From contig NC_057718.1 of assembly GCF_004010195.1 (NCBI RefSeq), positions 87,168,139 through 87,232,138 of the forward strand: a stretch of DNA of 64,000 nucleotides, read 5' to 3'. Below, piece by piece: positions 36,567 through 50,225 of this stretch. The notes below the pieces were generated by a model. The model did no database searches and had not been told where the DNA came from. It worked only from the letters and a program-made list of their open reading frames with translations. Positions within the stretch are counted from its first letter, which is position 1. Each line of letters starts with the position of its first letter. The DNA is from Chiloscyllium plagiosum. Taxonomy: Eukaryota. The position numbers and the translations under genes are program-made.

Positions 36567-39500
36567 GTAATCCACTGTGAACTAACTAACATTTTTAATT
36601 TCTAAAGTGGTGTTCTTTATATCTCTATATGGTAATGATGTATGTAAAAATATTTAACTCTTTAGGAAATAGCACTCTTCGTGACCTCTGAGTATCCCAA
36701 ACTGCATCACAAAAAAGGCATGAAGTACTGTCCTATAGGCAAACACGGCAGCCAATTTACTTACATCAAAATGCCCCAAACAACATAGAGTAATAACCAG
36801 CTCATGTGTTTCTAATTTTATTAGTTAAGGGGTAAATATTTACAAACTCCCTTGCTGTATTTTGAAATGGTGCCATGCTATCTCTTACACAATTTCTGAA
36901 AGGAGAGACGAGGCCTCTACTTAATGTCTTAAGTGAAAGGTAAAAATGGCACTCTAACGGTTCAGCACGTCCTGAAGACTGCAGTGCGGTGTAAGCCATA
37001 GATTTCATAGGTATGTGTTGCAATAGCTCACATTTCTGCTTTGAGGTTTGGTACGATCCTCTGATTCAGGTAAATGTGCTATCACTGGGCCATGTTGCAT
37101 TTCCAACAGGAACCATATGCTTGGAGATTTGAGGCTTCATCAATGCAGCTGCTGGGTTTAGTCACTAGACTTTGACAGATTGTTTACAATTAGGACTTGA
37201 TCTCATACTGTTGTCGGTGAGTCTTTTCAGCACAAATTCAAAAGATCTAAAGTTGAAGTAAGCTGAGCTTGTACACTGATTCAAAACTCAGGGGTTTTGA
37301 TTTTGTCCCACAGTTAGTGAGTCCACTGACAGAAGAAGTCAGGAATATAGGACAGTAAAGATAAGGCCACTGAACCTGATCATGTGATGTCAAGCTCATT
37401 ATTATGACAAGAATCCTTGTCATCTGAACCCCATGCAGGAGAAGGAATTATATTTGAACGGCAGAAGGCTTTGTTTAAAACCTGAAATGCGATATTGCAA
37501 TCTTCCTGAGTGAGGACTGCAAATAAATTAGACATCTTTGTCAGACATATAAACACCATACTGGAAAACTTTTGAGAGTGCACATAGAAAAAAGAATCTC
37601 ATCTTTGTAAAAGTTCATTTCGTGTCATTGACTGATTTAGCTGTGTTTGGAGATGCCACTATCCATTCACAGCAGCAACCCACAGTTCAGTAGGACCTCA
37701 TTGAGCCAATTCCTTCAGGTGATTTGGGAACACAGAGCATGTCTACTTCCAGCTGACAACCACAAGAAGCCTGATCGAACCAAATGGACTGGACAGAGGC
37801 CACTGAGAAACAGAGCAGCGAGAGACTCCATCTAAGGGACTGGGTCCAGTTTTAAAAAGGGATAAATGACCTCCTCTGAACTGCAAAGATGAGTTTGAGT
37901 CTAATATATGCCAAGAAATGAATGAAAGATAGCGGGAAAAGTCAGGGCATTGAATGATTAAAGGCTCATGTTGAGGTATAGTGTGTTACCCTGATCAATT
38001 TCCAGTGTTGCATAGCTACAAATGTAGCTTGAACATAACTACATTTCCTGAGAGTGTACAGGTTGGAAGAGCAGTGTACAACCTGACCCCTCGTGTGACC
38101 AGGAGCCATTCTGGCAGTGAGTTATTCTCCTCAGCATCACTGGAAACCAAATTTTTCTCCACTGATGCTTATAGGAACAAAAGAACCACTGTGCCAGGGA
38201 GCAATCCAAGACCAGTGATAGACAGCTAGCGATTCATCCCCTGACAGAGGCAGAGTTGGAAGCCCTGAAGTTGGCAGGGAAGCAGGACACATAGCCAATG
38301 GCTGATCTGAGTTCAGATTGAGCAGTGTGGAGAGTGATGAGGAATTGCACTCATCCATCTCTGCCATAACCATGACAACCTGTTGCATCCATGAAGGGCA
38401 ATGACCCTTAACAGCAGCATTCCAATAATTGTTTTTATGCTTCATTTGCATTGTTGACTGCCACAGAGAATACTGACTAGCATCTATGTGATACTTCTGA
38501 CACCTTTCCACAGAATAATAGTCCAGATGACTCTAAGGACATAACAACATACCTGAACCATGTATCTGGCACCTGCACCGATACATAATTTAGCTCCTAC
38601 CAAGTTGTGTGCACTGGCCTGGGGTCGCAATCTGGTGGGTACCACATAGTCACACAGATTATGATGAGAGAGGCAGTGGCAGGTGAGACAAAAGATACTC
38701 TGAGGGTTTCTGAAGAACAGCTGTCCCCACTTATGAAGGACCTCAGATGACAGCAACACTCAACCATTTGGGAGTTGGAGTGGCAAATGAGAGTGAATCT
38801 GATGGAACTACCTCTGGCTTTCAGCATACATAGCTGGGCAATAGAGGATTCCTTCCACAGAATGGCCTCTCCCACATTTCAGATGGGATAAAATATATGC
38901 ATCTTCCACAGAGACAGCATCGACTACCACAGAGTAGCAGAACCAGGAGATGACACCATGGATGCCTAGTGATGGAACGACCTTCCAGACCATTACTAGT
39001 GCCAGAGGCTCACTGAAGTAGTGAGCTAGTAAGAGGTTTTTGGTGCTCCTGGTCACTTCTACAAGCACACCTTGCCACCAAGGAATGGGTCATGCCATGT
39101 CACACTAAGACGTTAGGGAAACTCTGGACCGACACACTCTATGTTGCCAAGAACACCCCAGCTCCAAAGCCAGTGACTGAATCTCTTCCATTGGCAGTGA
39201 TCATATATGCCCCATCCAGGTTAAGTCCAGTCAAAGGTTACTTGTCCAATCAACAAAGGCCTTGGGACAGAGAGAGCAGCAGCCTGCTCACACCATATCT
39301 CCAACTGTCTCAGCACAGCATCCTAAAATTTTTCAAAAGGTGCACTTTCACACAGTCAGGTTGCACTCATGTTTATATTATTATGTTAATGAAGAAGCTT
39401 TTTTGTCCCATTATGATGTTGTCTGTTTCATTCAGCACTTTTTTTTGTTCGAAAGTCTCGTAAATTTTTCCCTTCAGTGATGTATGATGTTTAATAGCAT

Positions 39501-39859
39501 GTGTTACAGAGGCACTGGCTGCTTGCAGTCCTCTGTATGATGTCCAAGGTAGAGCATTGTGAATTCTCAGATGAAATGGGCCATCTGTGGAAAACTGTTA
39601 AGGCTGTAATTATTAGGTCAATTAATAGTGAGCAGGTGCCTGGAAGCTGGTCAGTATGACGTCATTCATAGCCTTCTGTGTGCTAACATCCATGGTACAC
39701 ACTTCCCTAATAGCCCACTGATGTGGATTCCCTTTCATGTCACTCTCTACTTCCCTGTTTTAGACTTCTTCCTACTTTTCTTCCTCTAAGCAAGTGTTGT
39801 CATATCGCTGCATAGAGGTGTTAATACAATGAATAGCACACAATATGATACTTTTACTG

Positions 39860-41242
39860 TGGAAAAGGAAATGGAAGATATAGACTGTAGGGAAATAGAT
39901 GGTGACATCTTGCAAAATGTCCAGATTACAAAGGAGAAAGTGCTGGATGTCTTGAAATGGGGAAAGGTGGATAAATCCCCAGGACCTGATCAGGTGTACT
40001 CGAAAACTCTGTGGGATGCTAGATAAGTGATTGCTGGGCCTCTTGCTGAGATGTTTGTATCATCGATAGTCACAGGTAAAGTGCCGGAAGACTGGAGGTT
40101 GGCAAACGTGGTGCCACTTTTTAAGAAGGGTGGTAAGGACAAGACAGGGATCTATAGACGAGTGAGTCTGACCTCGGTGGGCAAGTTGTTGGAGGGAATC
40201 CTGAGGGACAGGATGTACATGTATTTGGAAAGGCAAGGACTGATTCGGGATAGTCAACATGGCTTTGTGCGTGGGAAATCATGTCTTACAAACTTGATTG
40301 AGTTTTTTGAAGAAGTAACAAAGAGGATTGATGAGGGCAAAGCGGTAGATGTGATCTATATGGACTTTAGTAAGGTATTGGACAAGGTTCCCTATGGGAG
40401 ACTGATTAGCAAGGATGGATCTCATAGAATACAGGGAGAACTATCCATTTGGATACAGAACTGGCTCAAAGGTAGAAGACGAGGGTGGTGGTGGAGGGTT
40501 TCTTTTCAGACTGGAGGCCTGTGACCAGTGGAGTGCCACAAGGATCGGTGCTGGGTCAGTGTTGGTGAACAAAGAGACCTTGGATGCAGGTTCATAGATC
40601 CTTGAAAGTGGAGTCGCAGGTAGATACGATACAGTATTGAGTACAGGAGTTGGGAGGTCATTTTGTGGCTGTACAGGACATTGGTTATGCTACTGTTGGA
40701 ATATTGCATGCAATTATGGTCTCCTTCCTATCGGAAAGATGTTGTGAAACTTGAAAGGGTTCAGAAAAGATTGACAAGGATGTTGCCAGAGTTGGAGGAT
40801 TTGAGCTATAGCGAGAGGCTGAACAGTCTGGGGCTGTATTCCCTGGAGCGTCGCAGGCTGAGGGGTGACTTTATAGAGGTTTACAAAATTATGAGGGGCA
40901 TGGATAGGGTAAGTAGGCAAAATCTTTTCCCTGAGGTTGAGGAGTCCAGAACTAGAGGGCATAGGTTTAGGGTGAGAGGGGAAAGATATAAAAGAGTCCT
41001 AAGGGGCAACTTTTTCACGCAGAGGGTGGTACGGGTATGGAATGAGCTGCCAGAAGAAGTGGTGGAGGCTGATACAATTGCAACATTTAAGAGGCATTTA
41101 GATGAGTATCTGAATAGGAAGGGTTTGGCAGCATATGGGCTGGGTGCTGGGAGGTGGGACTAGATTGGGTTGGGATATCTGGTCAGCATGGACGGGTTGG
41201 TCCGAAGGGTCTGCTTCCATGCTGTACATCTCTATGATTCTA
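39860..41242 (+). mobile_element. CR1 LINE, 5' truncated, RT core internally deleted
   Basis: KSPGPD, PEDWRLANVVPLFKKG, QHGF..GKSCLTNL, LERRRLRGD; 8-bp flanking repeat ttttactg (39852-39859, 41243-41250). Confidence 0.95.
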
Positions 41243-41339
41243 TTTTACTGGGTCATACTACAAAAGCAGCTTCATAACAAGGTGTGGCAGCGAGAACATA
41301 GCTTTGGAAGACCAATGGTTTACTCTATGATGTTGTTTG

Positions 41340-41812
41340 TTACAGAGTCATACAGCATGCAAACAGTCCCATCCGTCCAGTTCAACCATGCCGATCAGGT
41401 TTTCCAAACTAAACTAATCCCACTTGCCTGCATTTAGCCCATGTCCCTCTAAGCCTTTCATATTCATGTATCTGTCCAAATGTCTTTTAAATGTTGTAAC
41501 TGTACCTGCAACTACTACTTCCTTGGGCAGTTCATTCCACATATGAACCACCCTCTGTGTGAAAGACAGTGCCTTTTAAATCTCTATCCTCTCACCTTAA
41601 AATTATTCCCTTTAGTTTTGAACTCCCTTACAGTAGAGAAAAGACCTTTACTATTTATCTTATCTATGCCCCTCATGATTTTATAAACCTTTATAAGGTC
41701 ACCCCTACCATGCTGCAGTGGGAAAAGGTCCCAGCCTATCCAGCCTCTCCTCATAATTGAAACCCTGCAGCTCCGGTAACATCCTTGCACATCTTTTCTG
41801 CAGCCTCTCCAT
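41340..41812 (-). mobile_element. CR1 LINE 3' fragment, tail-to-tail with the previous copy
   Basis: Minus strand RGDLIKVYKIMRGIDK and CR1 tail. Confidence 0.9.
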
Positions 41813-44311
41813 AATGTCTGGCAGTGAACCTCTCTTCAGCCTTATTAGTGTTTTCAGTCCTCTGCTTGGCTGTTCCTGCCAATCTGGATCCTTATGAATT
41901 CTCCAGCCCTCTTGAATAGCACATTCGTTATCTGCTTTATGCAATAACGTATGACTGCTTGGGAAATGTTTCAGATGTTACCTGTAGACTACTGAAATGA
42001 ACCAGCTACGGAAGGTTAAGAGCTGCAGTAATCTATAATGCCATATCATATACCCACTGTATCCCCATGAATTCTGCAGCAGGATGCATAGTTCTGTGAT
42101 CTGTTCAAGAACTATCTCTCCAACATTTTCAGGTACATTCATGTAAGCACTCACATACCCCTGGAGCCTGCATCTGTATCTGCCTCTCCTTGTTGCCTGG
42201 CCTGTGGTTATGCTGTCTCCAATCGCTGCTCCTGCATTGCCTGCACTGGTTCCTGTATGAAAGGGTGTTTCTGTGCAGTGCTGATCACCTCCAGTGCTTG
42301 AGGATGAAAGATACAGAGTAAATTACTTCCATTGTGCAATACCCTCTTCTTTAATAGCAGCTTCTGAAATGCCCTTCTTTTAGAGATTCAGATCTTTGGT
42401 TTAGTAAGTGGCCTTTAACTTTTGGAACAGACATTTCAGGCTGAGTCACTTCCAGCCAGGCTTCTATACTTAGCAAGAATCACTATTACAAATAATGAGA
42501 TTCAAGCTACAGGTAAACTATGAACTGTGGACAATTAACTCAAATAGTTGAAATTCAAACCCTCTAATAAAACTTCCTCTACACACACACACATAGACAG
42601 ATAAAAGCATTGATGTTATGAGTGAAGGGGAAAAGTGAGAACAATGGGGTCACAACGTTCTGTGGTGTTTAAACAATCTTAATGGTTACCTGTGTTAGTT
42701 TGGAACCAGATTTTCCACACATGCTGAAATGCCCGTTGGTGGCACATGCATTTTACACTATCGAAAACAGCTGACGGCTTTTAGGTAGATACAGACAACA
42801 GAACCTGCTACAGATTTGTTGACCGTACCAATAGCATTGGCTGCACTTAATACATCGTTTTTATTGGCTTTATACTTATGTCCATCCTCAAGTAATTTGT
42901 CAGCAATGTGGCCCTTTTCCTTGACCAGAAGATCCTTCGCAAAGGATTTACCTAGTGTGGTGCTGATTACCAACTCAATGAATCTCTCTGACAATTCTTT
43001 GGAAAAGTCACTCTCCTATCCTTTATTGTAGCCTTTCCAAAAAAAACTGGGCAATAGAATCTTAGAATTACTGACTATATGGAATGAATTGGAGTCTGAA
43101 AATCTCGAAGTTAATTTTTACCTTGAGATGATCTTTGAGAATTTTCTGGATTTTCTCTAGATCTTTCTGATCATCTACAGAAAAACTAATATTTTACTTC
43201 TGTGAAACCCATTTTTGCCAATGGCTATTTACCAGGATTGTGTACTGTTTGATCTGTAAAATAGAATGGCAAACATTGTCTGCACAGTTGTAATTCAGTA
43301 ATTCAGTAAAGATACCAATTGATGTCCTGTCCATTTTATGCATTTGCCTTCCATTTTGTTTTACAGATCTTTATCTTTTTTTATAGAAGTAGAGTGTAGT
43401 GCTTCTGTATTAATATATTTTAAGGACTTTGCTTCACTTCCATTTTTTTCCACTTTATTGCATCTGTTTCCCTTCACTTTATGCTATTGTTGCCTCTTTA
43501 CAGGCCTTGATTCCTTTAACATTTGTTTTATAAAGGGCAGGATTGGATTTGTAGGTTTCTGTTTGCCATTTATGACAAATAAGGATTGTTGATATTATGT
43601 GGACATTTTAAAATTATTTTTGTGTTGATTTGGAGAAAAGAAATTGCAATACCCAACTGAGGTATGGGCATAGATATGCTTTCTTAATGTTTTTATGTCT
43701 TGTTTTCTTTGAGGAGAGCTTTGGGGTTATGCTTTCAGGACTATTTAACTACTTTATTTTTGATTGGACAACATCCTCTATTTTTAAAGAGAAAAACAAC
43801 TTCAGTACAGATCTGTAACCTTTACTTTAGAGTTATTTTTTTTTAAATTTCATCTTTTTTTGGTTTTTAAGTAAAATTTCTTAGAAAATCCTTGTATCTT
43901 GAATGACTAATATTCTAACTAAAAGGAAGTTAGCTCTGTCTGCTTCATAATCAATATTCTATCTATAGGTCTGTATAGTTGTCCATACTGACAGAAACTA
44001 ATGTTGCTAATTGTCCACATTCTCTATCCAGAGCTGTTGCACAGATGGTCATCAAGTAGTTTTTCAAATATCTGCCATAAAGACACTTCAAATTTGAGAC
44101 ATGCTATTTGGTTGTTGCAGTGCAGTGAGGTTGCCATGTAATCTGCTGGTATGACATTTAGATAGGAAGATGCCTACAGCAAACTGTCCAACCCTTTGAC
44201 TGCTGACAGTCAACAGAAGCTGCTTGGCTTTCTGTCTTCCTTGGAACAGCAATACTCTGAGCAGAAAACACCATCTGAGCGGGGTGAAATGCAAAACGGC
44301 TAGGCAAAGAT

Positions 44312-44596
44312 GAGATTAGATTAGATTACATACAGTATGGAAGCAGGCCCTTCGGCCCAACAAGTCCACACCGACCATCTGAAGAGTAACCCACCCAGCC
44401 CCATTCTCCTACCCTATATTTACCCTTGACTAATGCATCTAACACTATGGGCTATTTAGCATGGCTAATTCACCTGACCTGCACATCTTTGGACGGTGGG
44501 AGGAAACCAGAGCACCCAGAGGAAGCCCACGCAGACACGGGGAGAATGTGTGAACTCCACACAGATAGTGCTAACCACTTAGCCACCATGCCACCC
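44312..44596 (-). mobile_element. HE1-like SINE
   Basis: (agatt)n tail, head ...agccaccatgccaccc, short deletion near the head. Confidence 0.8.
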
Positions 44597-45664
44597 CATA
44601 TGTTGCAAGCTTCCATATAGATGCAAAGTGAGTGCATGCTAAGAATGAGAAAGCAATCCTGAGATGCTCCCTGTTACAGTACAAAGTATTCTTGCAGCAA
44701 CATTACAATAAAAGATCCCAGTGTATTCCAAAGTACAGCACAAATGTAAGTGGATCGGAAATGTACCATGATGCAGCAGAGAGACTGGTACGAGTTAGAT
44801 GTCAATACATGGATGTGAGATGCAGGTGACTGCTGTCCATGGAGTTTAGTCTGGGATGTTGATGCCGGGTATCATAGATGGAGGCCTGGAGGCTCAATAT
44901 CAAGCTGGAGGCACCAGTTACCTGTTCTGACTTTCATGTCTGGAACGCTCAAAATGTTCCTATCTGGACAGCAGAAAAATAGAAGACTGCATATTAATAG
45001 GTTGAGATTAAGTCCTGATGAGATTGATAATAAATGATAATCTATGTTAATAGATCTCTTGCTGCTCACTGCCAAGAATCTCATCTTAACATCCAAGACT
45101 TGGTTGGAAATGCAACTTTTTGGTCCCAAATTTGATAAAGCACCTTCATGCCCTGTTTTCCTAAACCTGTCGCCATGGCCAACTTCACTCAGAGGCTGAC
45201 AAGATTCCACTGGAAGTGAAAGCAAAGGGGAAGTTGCCGTCCTCTCAGAGGGCTGCTCCCTCATTAGGGAGATATGACTGCTGGTGGTTTAACCTGAGGG
45301 TCACCACACTTCAGGTGAGGGGAGAAGTTGAGAAGGAGAGTCCTTCATGATAACCTCAGCTAGTGTAGGAATTGAACTTAATTTGTTGGTGTCACTCAGG
45401 ATCACAAACCAACCATCCAGCCAACTGAGCTAACTGAACGCCGCCACACCAGGAGTCTTATAGGACAGAAGGAGACCATTCTCTTTGAAGAGATATCTAG
45501 TTAATCGTGTTCCTCACATTTTCTACAAATCCCACTGTTCTTTCCTTTTAAGTGTACATTTAATACCTGTGTCTTCATTTGTACATGCTCCTCCAAAATG
45601 AACGGATGGAAATGCAGTTTCAGACAGTCTGTACCGAAATGTTTTTGTTCCCATTGTCTCCCAG

Positions 45665-45812
45665 GCCTTACAACTCCGACTGCATATCATGAATTACAAA
45701 ACAATAGATAATACATTGCTAAGTACTGCTGGGAAAGAAGGCGAAAATATCAGTGAGGTTCCTTCTGAAAGCGATACCAATGATGCAGCAACACAGGAGA
45801 TGCAATCCGCAG
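45665..45812 (+). CDS. ADGB: Androglobin exon, ALQLRLHIMNYKTIDNTLLSTAGKEGENISEVPSESDTNDAATQEMQSA
   Basis: tcccag acceptor, gtacta donor; 148 nt, phase 0-1; A.Q.RLH follows EPGRA as in human ADGB. Confidence 0.9.
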
Positions 45813-46903
45813 GTACTACTTAGATCATGTGATTAGGAACAAGAGTAACTCATTGAGTCTCTTGCATTAATTTAAATTATAGCTAATCTGTACCTTCCAT
45901 TTGCCTCCTTGGTTTTGTGAGTCTTCATACCCTAATCTAATAGAGTTCTATAATTTGTTTTTAATCTTTCAGTTGAATAAATCTGAGTAGCCTTTGGAGG
46001 AGATGTTGCCATATTTTCACTACAGTTTCTATGCTAAGTGCTTCCTAATATCACCCATCAATAGCCTACATTTTTATCTTGCCTGACTTTATTATTGAAC
46101 AAGTCAGATACCAGACTGAAATCTGGTTTGATAGATCATATTTTGGTTTTAGCAAGGCACTCATTCACTTAAATAGAAGCACACAATGCTGCCAGTAAGT
46201 TTAACAATAAAACAAAAATTTTTTACATAAAATAATATTGACCAAACTATTTACATGTAACTCAAGTTTAAATATTTCAAAACGCATGGTAAAATATAAT
46301 TCCATTTATCCCAAAAGTGTTCCTTAATAGTGCTCACACTCCTGTGAGAATTCCCTTTTTGATCACACACAGGGCTTGACTTAACAAATGCTTCACTTTC
46401 TGAGAATCTGGTAGCCTCTTCATTGAACTTAATGTACAACTATTTACCTTTTTTGTCATTAATACTTACCCAGCATAAACAAATTCCAAGAAGCCTTACT
46501 ATCTCTGCCTGACTATTTTTAAAAGAAATTAAATGGCTGCAGAAATGCTTACAAATTAATCATTAAACTCCTTCAGATACATAGACCAAAACACAAATGC
46601 AATTAACTCAATTCTCAACTCTAAAATAAACAATATTAAAATATATGTAAGTCACATACTTTACATGACTCTAGTTCAAATTTTATTATGTTCAATTCTA
46701 TACTCCTCTACCAAAAGAAATCTATCAATTCCTTGACTCATTTAACTACCTTTTACCATCAAAATTATTGATACCTAAGAATGCAATCTATGCACCTGTT
46801 CTTGTAACTTAACTCTTTATTCCATTTTGGTGAACCTTTGATGTTCCCCTACCAAGGCTAATATATCATTCCAAAGCTATGCCACCTAAAACTGAATGCA
46901 ATA

Positions 46904-47119
46904 CAGTCAGTTCTGCTCTCATGCAATAGTTCAATTTTCATGCAATCCTGTGTTAAAAGAAAATCGTGTAATAGCATCATCTAAACTAATAGGGCCAGAA
47001 TCACGTTATAACCAGTACGTGCTTGAAAACTTCGCACTTTAGAAACAGTGTCCACAATTCATCAAACATGTGAGAACAAATTCATGTTGACAAAATGCAC
47101 GTCATAACAGAATGACCTG
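46904..47119. mobile_element. Tigger/pogo-like MITE
   Basis: TA|cagtcagttctg ... cagaatgacctg|TA. Confidence 0.6.
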
Positions 47120-47605
47120 TACTCTAAATGAGGTCCAACCACTGCTTTAGAAAATTGTAAATCCACTCATTTACAATCCATCACCTTAGTATAAATGCCA
47201 ACATTTTTTGTACCAGCCCAAAGCTAGAAACTACTCAGTTGCATGAAAACAGATTTTAAAAAAGTTCCACATTAATGTGGTTTGTCAAGAATAAGAATGT
47301 AGGTAAAAGGCCATTATAAAATACATCTCAGGGCTCAGTGACCGAATGAAATAAAATAAGAAAACACCTCAATGTTATCAAAAAACCCACACGTGTAGCA
47401 GTTTTCTGTGAAACACGTTTCAGCTTCCATTACTCATTGTGACATGTTAATTGAACTCCTGTGGCATTGATGAAACATTGAAGGGAGAGGAGATTTGGGT
47501 CGGGCAAGGGCATGGGATCTGTGTGAGTCCAAATCCTGGTTTACAGCAAATAAAGCCATAAAGGAACAATAAAAATAATTTCCACTAAAAATAGAAAGTG
47601 AGTAT

Positions 47606-47812
47606 CATAATATCATGGAATCCTTACAGTGTGGAAGCAGGCCATTCAGCCCATCGAGTCCACACCAACCTTCCAAGTAATATCTCACTCAGACCCACCC
47701 TCTTACCATATCCTTGTAACCCTGCATTCCCCATGGCTGATCCACCTGACCTGCACATGTCTAGACACTATGGGCAACTTGGCATGGCCAATCCACCTAA
47801 CCTGCATGGCTT
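47606..47812 (-). mobile_element. HE1-like SINE 3' half
   Basis: Tail and body only. Confidence 0.7.
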
Positions 47813-48551
47813 TAGACATGATTAGTTCTTGGGTATGTGCGTTCCTCTACAAGCATTAGTACCTGAACCAAGACTATTCACAATGGTATCGCCTTTTAAA
47901 AATCCTCTCAGTTCCACTCCAATAGCCCACAGTATAACAAGTTTCTGCATGAATCTGGCATCATAAAGTATCATGACTAAATTTTGGCACAGATCATGTC
48001 CCTGCTATTTAAAAGGCTAAGTTCCCTTACAGTAATTGATTGCCACAGAGCTAATGGTTTTTGTAAGAGTGACTGATTTGAAAGACTTGATATTTCAATT
48101 ACAGAATGTCACATTACAATTTTTGTTCTGCATTCTGTTTTTAGCATTAATGCAGCAAATATTTCTGTGAGTTCTACTTTTTCACATTTTTATGGCATTT
48201 GTTGTTCCTGTCTTGAGGATGAATCCTGCATATTTTGATAGATATGTACATAATTTTATTAATTGTGGTAAATTCAGCTGGAATAAAGCAGATGTTTTAT
48301 GATTCATGAATAAAGTTGCTACAATCCAGATACTACTGGAGGAATGTTCATTTGCAAATGTTCAGCATATTTGTTTAAAGTGAACATTAACCTCAAAACG
48401 TTAACCTGTCTGTTCTGATCATAGTTGCTGGATATATATCAACTAAAATAATGTAGAGAGTATTTCAGATATTGTTTGCATCTTCATGGCTCAAAAGGAG
48501 GTTTCAGTTTTCAAAAGTAAATTGTTAAACTTAGTCTTGTTCTCTATTTAG

Positions 48552-48648
48552 ATCAGTCTCAGGTTTTAGAAGAAAGTCAATACACAGATGTTGACAAACC
48601 TTTACAAGATCGCTCAGTTGTAGAGGAGAAGTGGACACGTTTTGTAAG
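48552..48648 (+). CDS. ADGB: Androglobin exon, (D)QSQVLEESQYTDVDKPLQDRSVVEEKWTRFV(R)
   Basis: ctatttag acceptor, gtattt donor; 97 nt, phase 1-2 bridges both neighbours. Confidence 0.83.
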
Positions 48649-48869
48649 GTATTTATGTGAGGCTGTGTAGCCAGTCAATTTGAGGTGACTCTAAATGTCA
48701 GCAAAAATACCCAATGTCCTGTAATTATACTATACCAAAATATTACTGATGACTTCGTTGGTGGACCAATGCAGTTGATCTTGGACAGTAGCAAAAGAGA
48801 GGTTAATGAATTTTCAGTCCATTTTACACAATGTTCAATGCAACTGATTTCCTTTTACCTCCACTAGTG

Positions 48870-49210
48870 CAGGTAGACAATCCTTTGTCCAAAATCCGAA
48901 AAGTTCCGAAGTCTGAATTTTTTTTGTGAAGTTTTTTTTCTCATTAAGAAGATTGTTTGGCGTGCAAACAGTTAATCCAAATCAACACCCACTCGATGCG
49001 TGTCACTCAGCTGCGATGTGTGGTGGCGTGGCCGAGCACTGGCAGGCCTCAATTCTCTATCAAGGCCCATTTTACTGAGTGAGTCTGCTCCTCCGGTAAG
49101 ATTTTTTAAATTTTCACTATCGGACTGTCACTTATTCTGAAATTCGAAAAATTCTGAATTCCGAAAAACCAGCTGGTTCTGAGCATTTCGGATTAAGGAA
49201 TGTGCACCTG
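48870..49210. mobile_element. Tigger/pogo-like MITE
   Basis: caggtagacaatcctttgtccaaaat ... atttcggattaaggaatgtgcacctg|TA imperfect TIRs. Confidence 0.65.
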
Positions 49211-49481
49211 TACTGGTGAATGACATACACCGAAAAATCTAAGTGTTTCTTTCACCAGGGAAAGTGCACTGAGGGGAATCGCCCTCAACCTAGTGCTGAG
49301 AACATAGATTCTCATCGCAAATCCAGGGGACATAGTCATGCACATGTCACATTACTCCCATGACAAAGACTTGGGCCACACCCAGCTAATCTGACTGAAA
49401 GGTAAAGGTTAAGATTTTGCCAAAGTTGAAGTAAAGCGGAATACACCATTTTTTTTTCTGTCATTGTGGAAAAAACCTATC

Positions 49482-50225
49482 AGACCATAAGACATAGGAG
49501 CAGAAATTAGGCCATTCAGCTAATCAAGTCTGCTCCACCTATCAATCACAATTGATAAGTTTCTCGACCCCATTTTCCTGCTTTCTCCCTGTAACCCTTG
49601 ATCCCCTTGATAATCAAGAACCGACCTATCTGAATCTTAAATATACTCAATTACCTGGCCTCCACAGCCTTCTGTGGCAATGAATCTCATAGGTTCACCA
49701 CTCTCTGGCTGAAGAATTTTCTCCTTATCTCCATTTTAAAAGAACTTCCTTTTATTCCAAGGCTGTGCCCTCAGGTCCTCGTCTCTCCTGCCAATGGAAA
49801 CATCTTCCCAACATCCACTCGTGTTCAGGCCATTCAGTATACTATAGGTTTCAATTAGATCCCTCCTCATCCTTCTAAACTCCATCCAGTATAGACCCAG
49901 AGTCCTCAAACGTTCTTCATATGTTAAGCTTTTCAATCCTGGGTCCATTCTCGTGAACCTCCTCTGAACACACTCCAAGGTCAGTACATCCTTCCTGAGA
50001 TATGGGGCCCAAAACTGTGCACAATACTCCAAATGTGGTCTAACCAAAGCCTTATAGAGCCCCGGAAGTACATCCCTGCTTTTATATTCAAGTCCTTTCA
50101 AAATAAATGCTATCATTGCATTTGTTTTCCCAACTACTGACTTAATCTGCAAGTTTACCTTGAGAGAATCTTGGACTAGAACTCCCAAGTCTCTTCAGAC
50201 TTCTGAATTCCTTCCGTATTTAGAA
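49482..50225 (-). mobile_element. CR1 LINE 3' fragment (different subfamily)
   Basis: LYKALVRPHLEYCAQFWAPYLRKDVLTLECVQRRFTRM; tail ...ctcctatgtcttatggtct. Confidence 0.9.

Larger units (their letters stand above)
37640..42340. mobile_element. Decayed PIF/Harbinger DNA transposon (Myb/SANT-like gene on +, transposase on -), split by two CR1 insertions
   Basis: Minus strand ITAALN..AGSFQ*STGNI*NISQAVIRYCIKQITNVLFKRAGEFI, IIE*TIGL and YDPVKVS; + strand PQFS..SL...EHRACLLP.D...KRINDL; ends not located. Confidence 0.7.
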
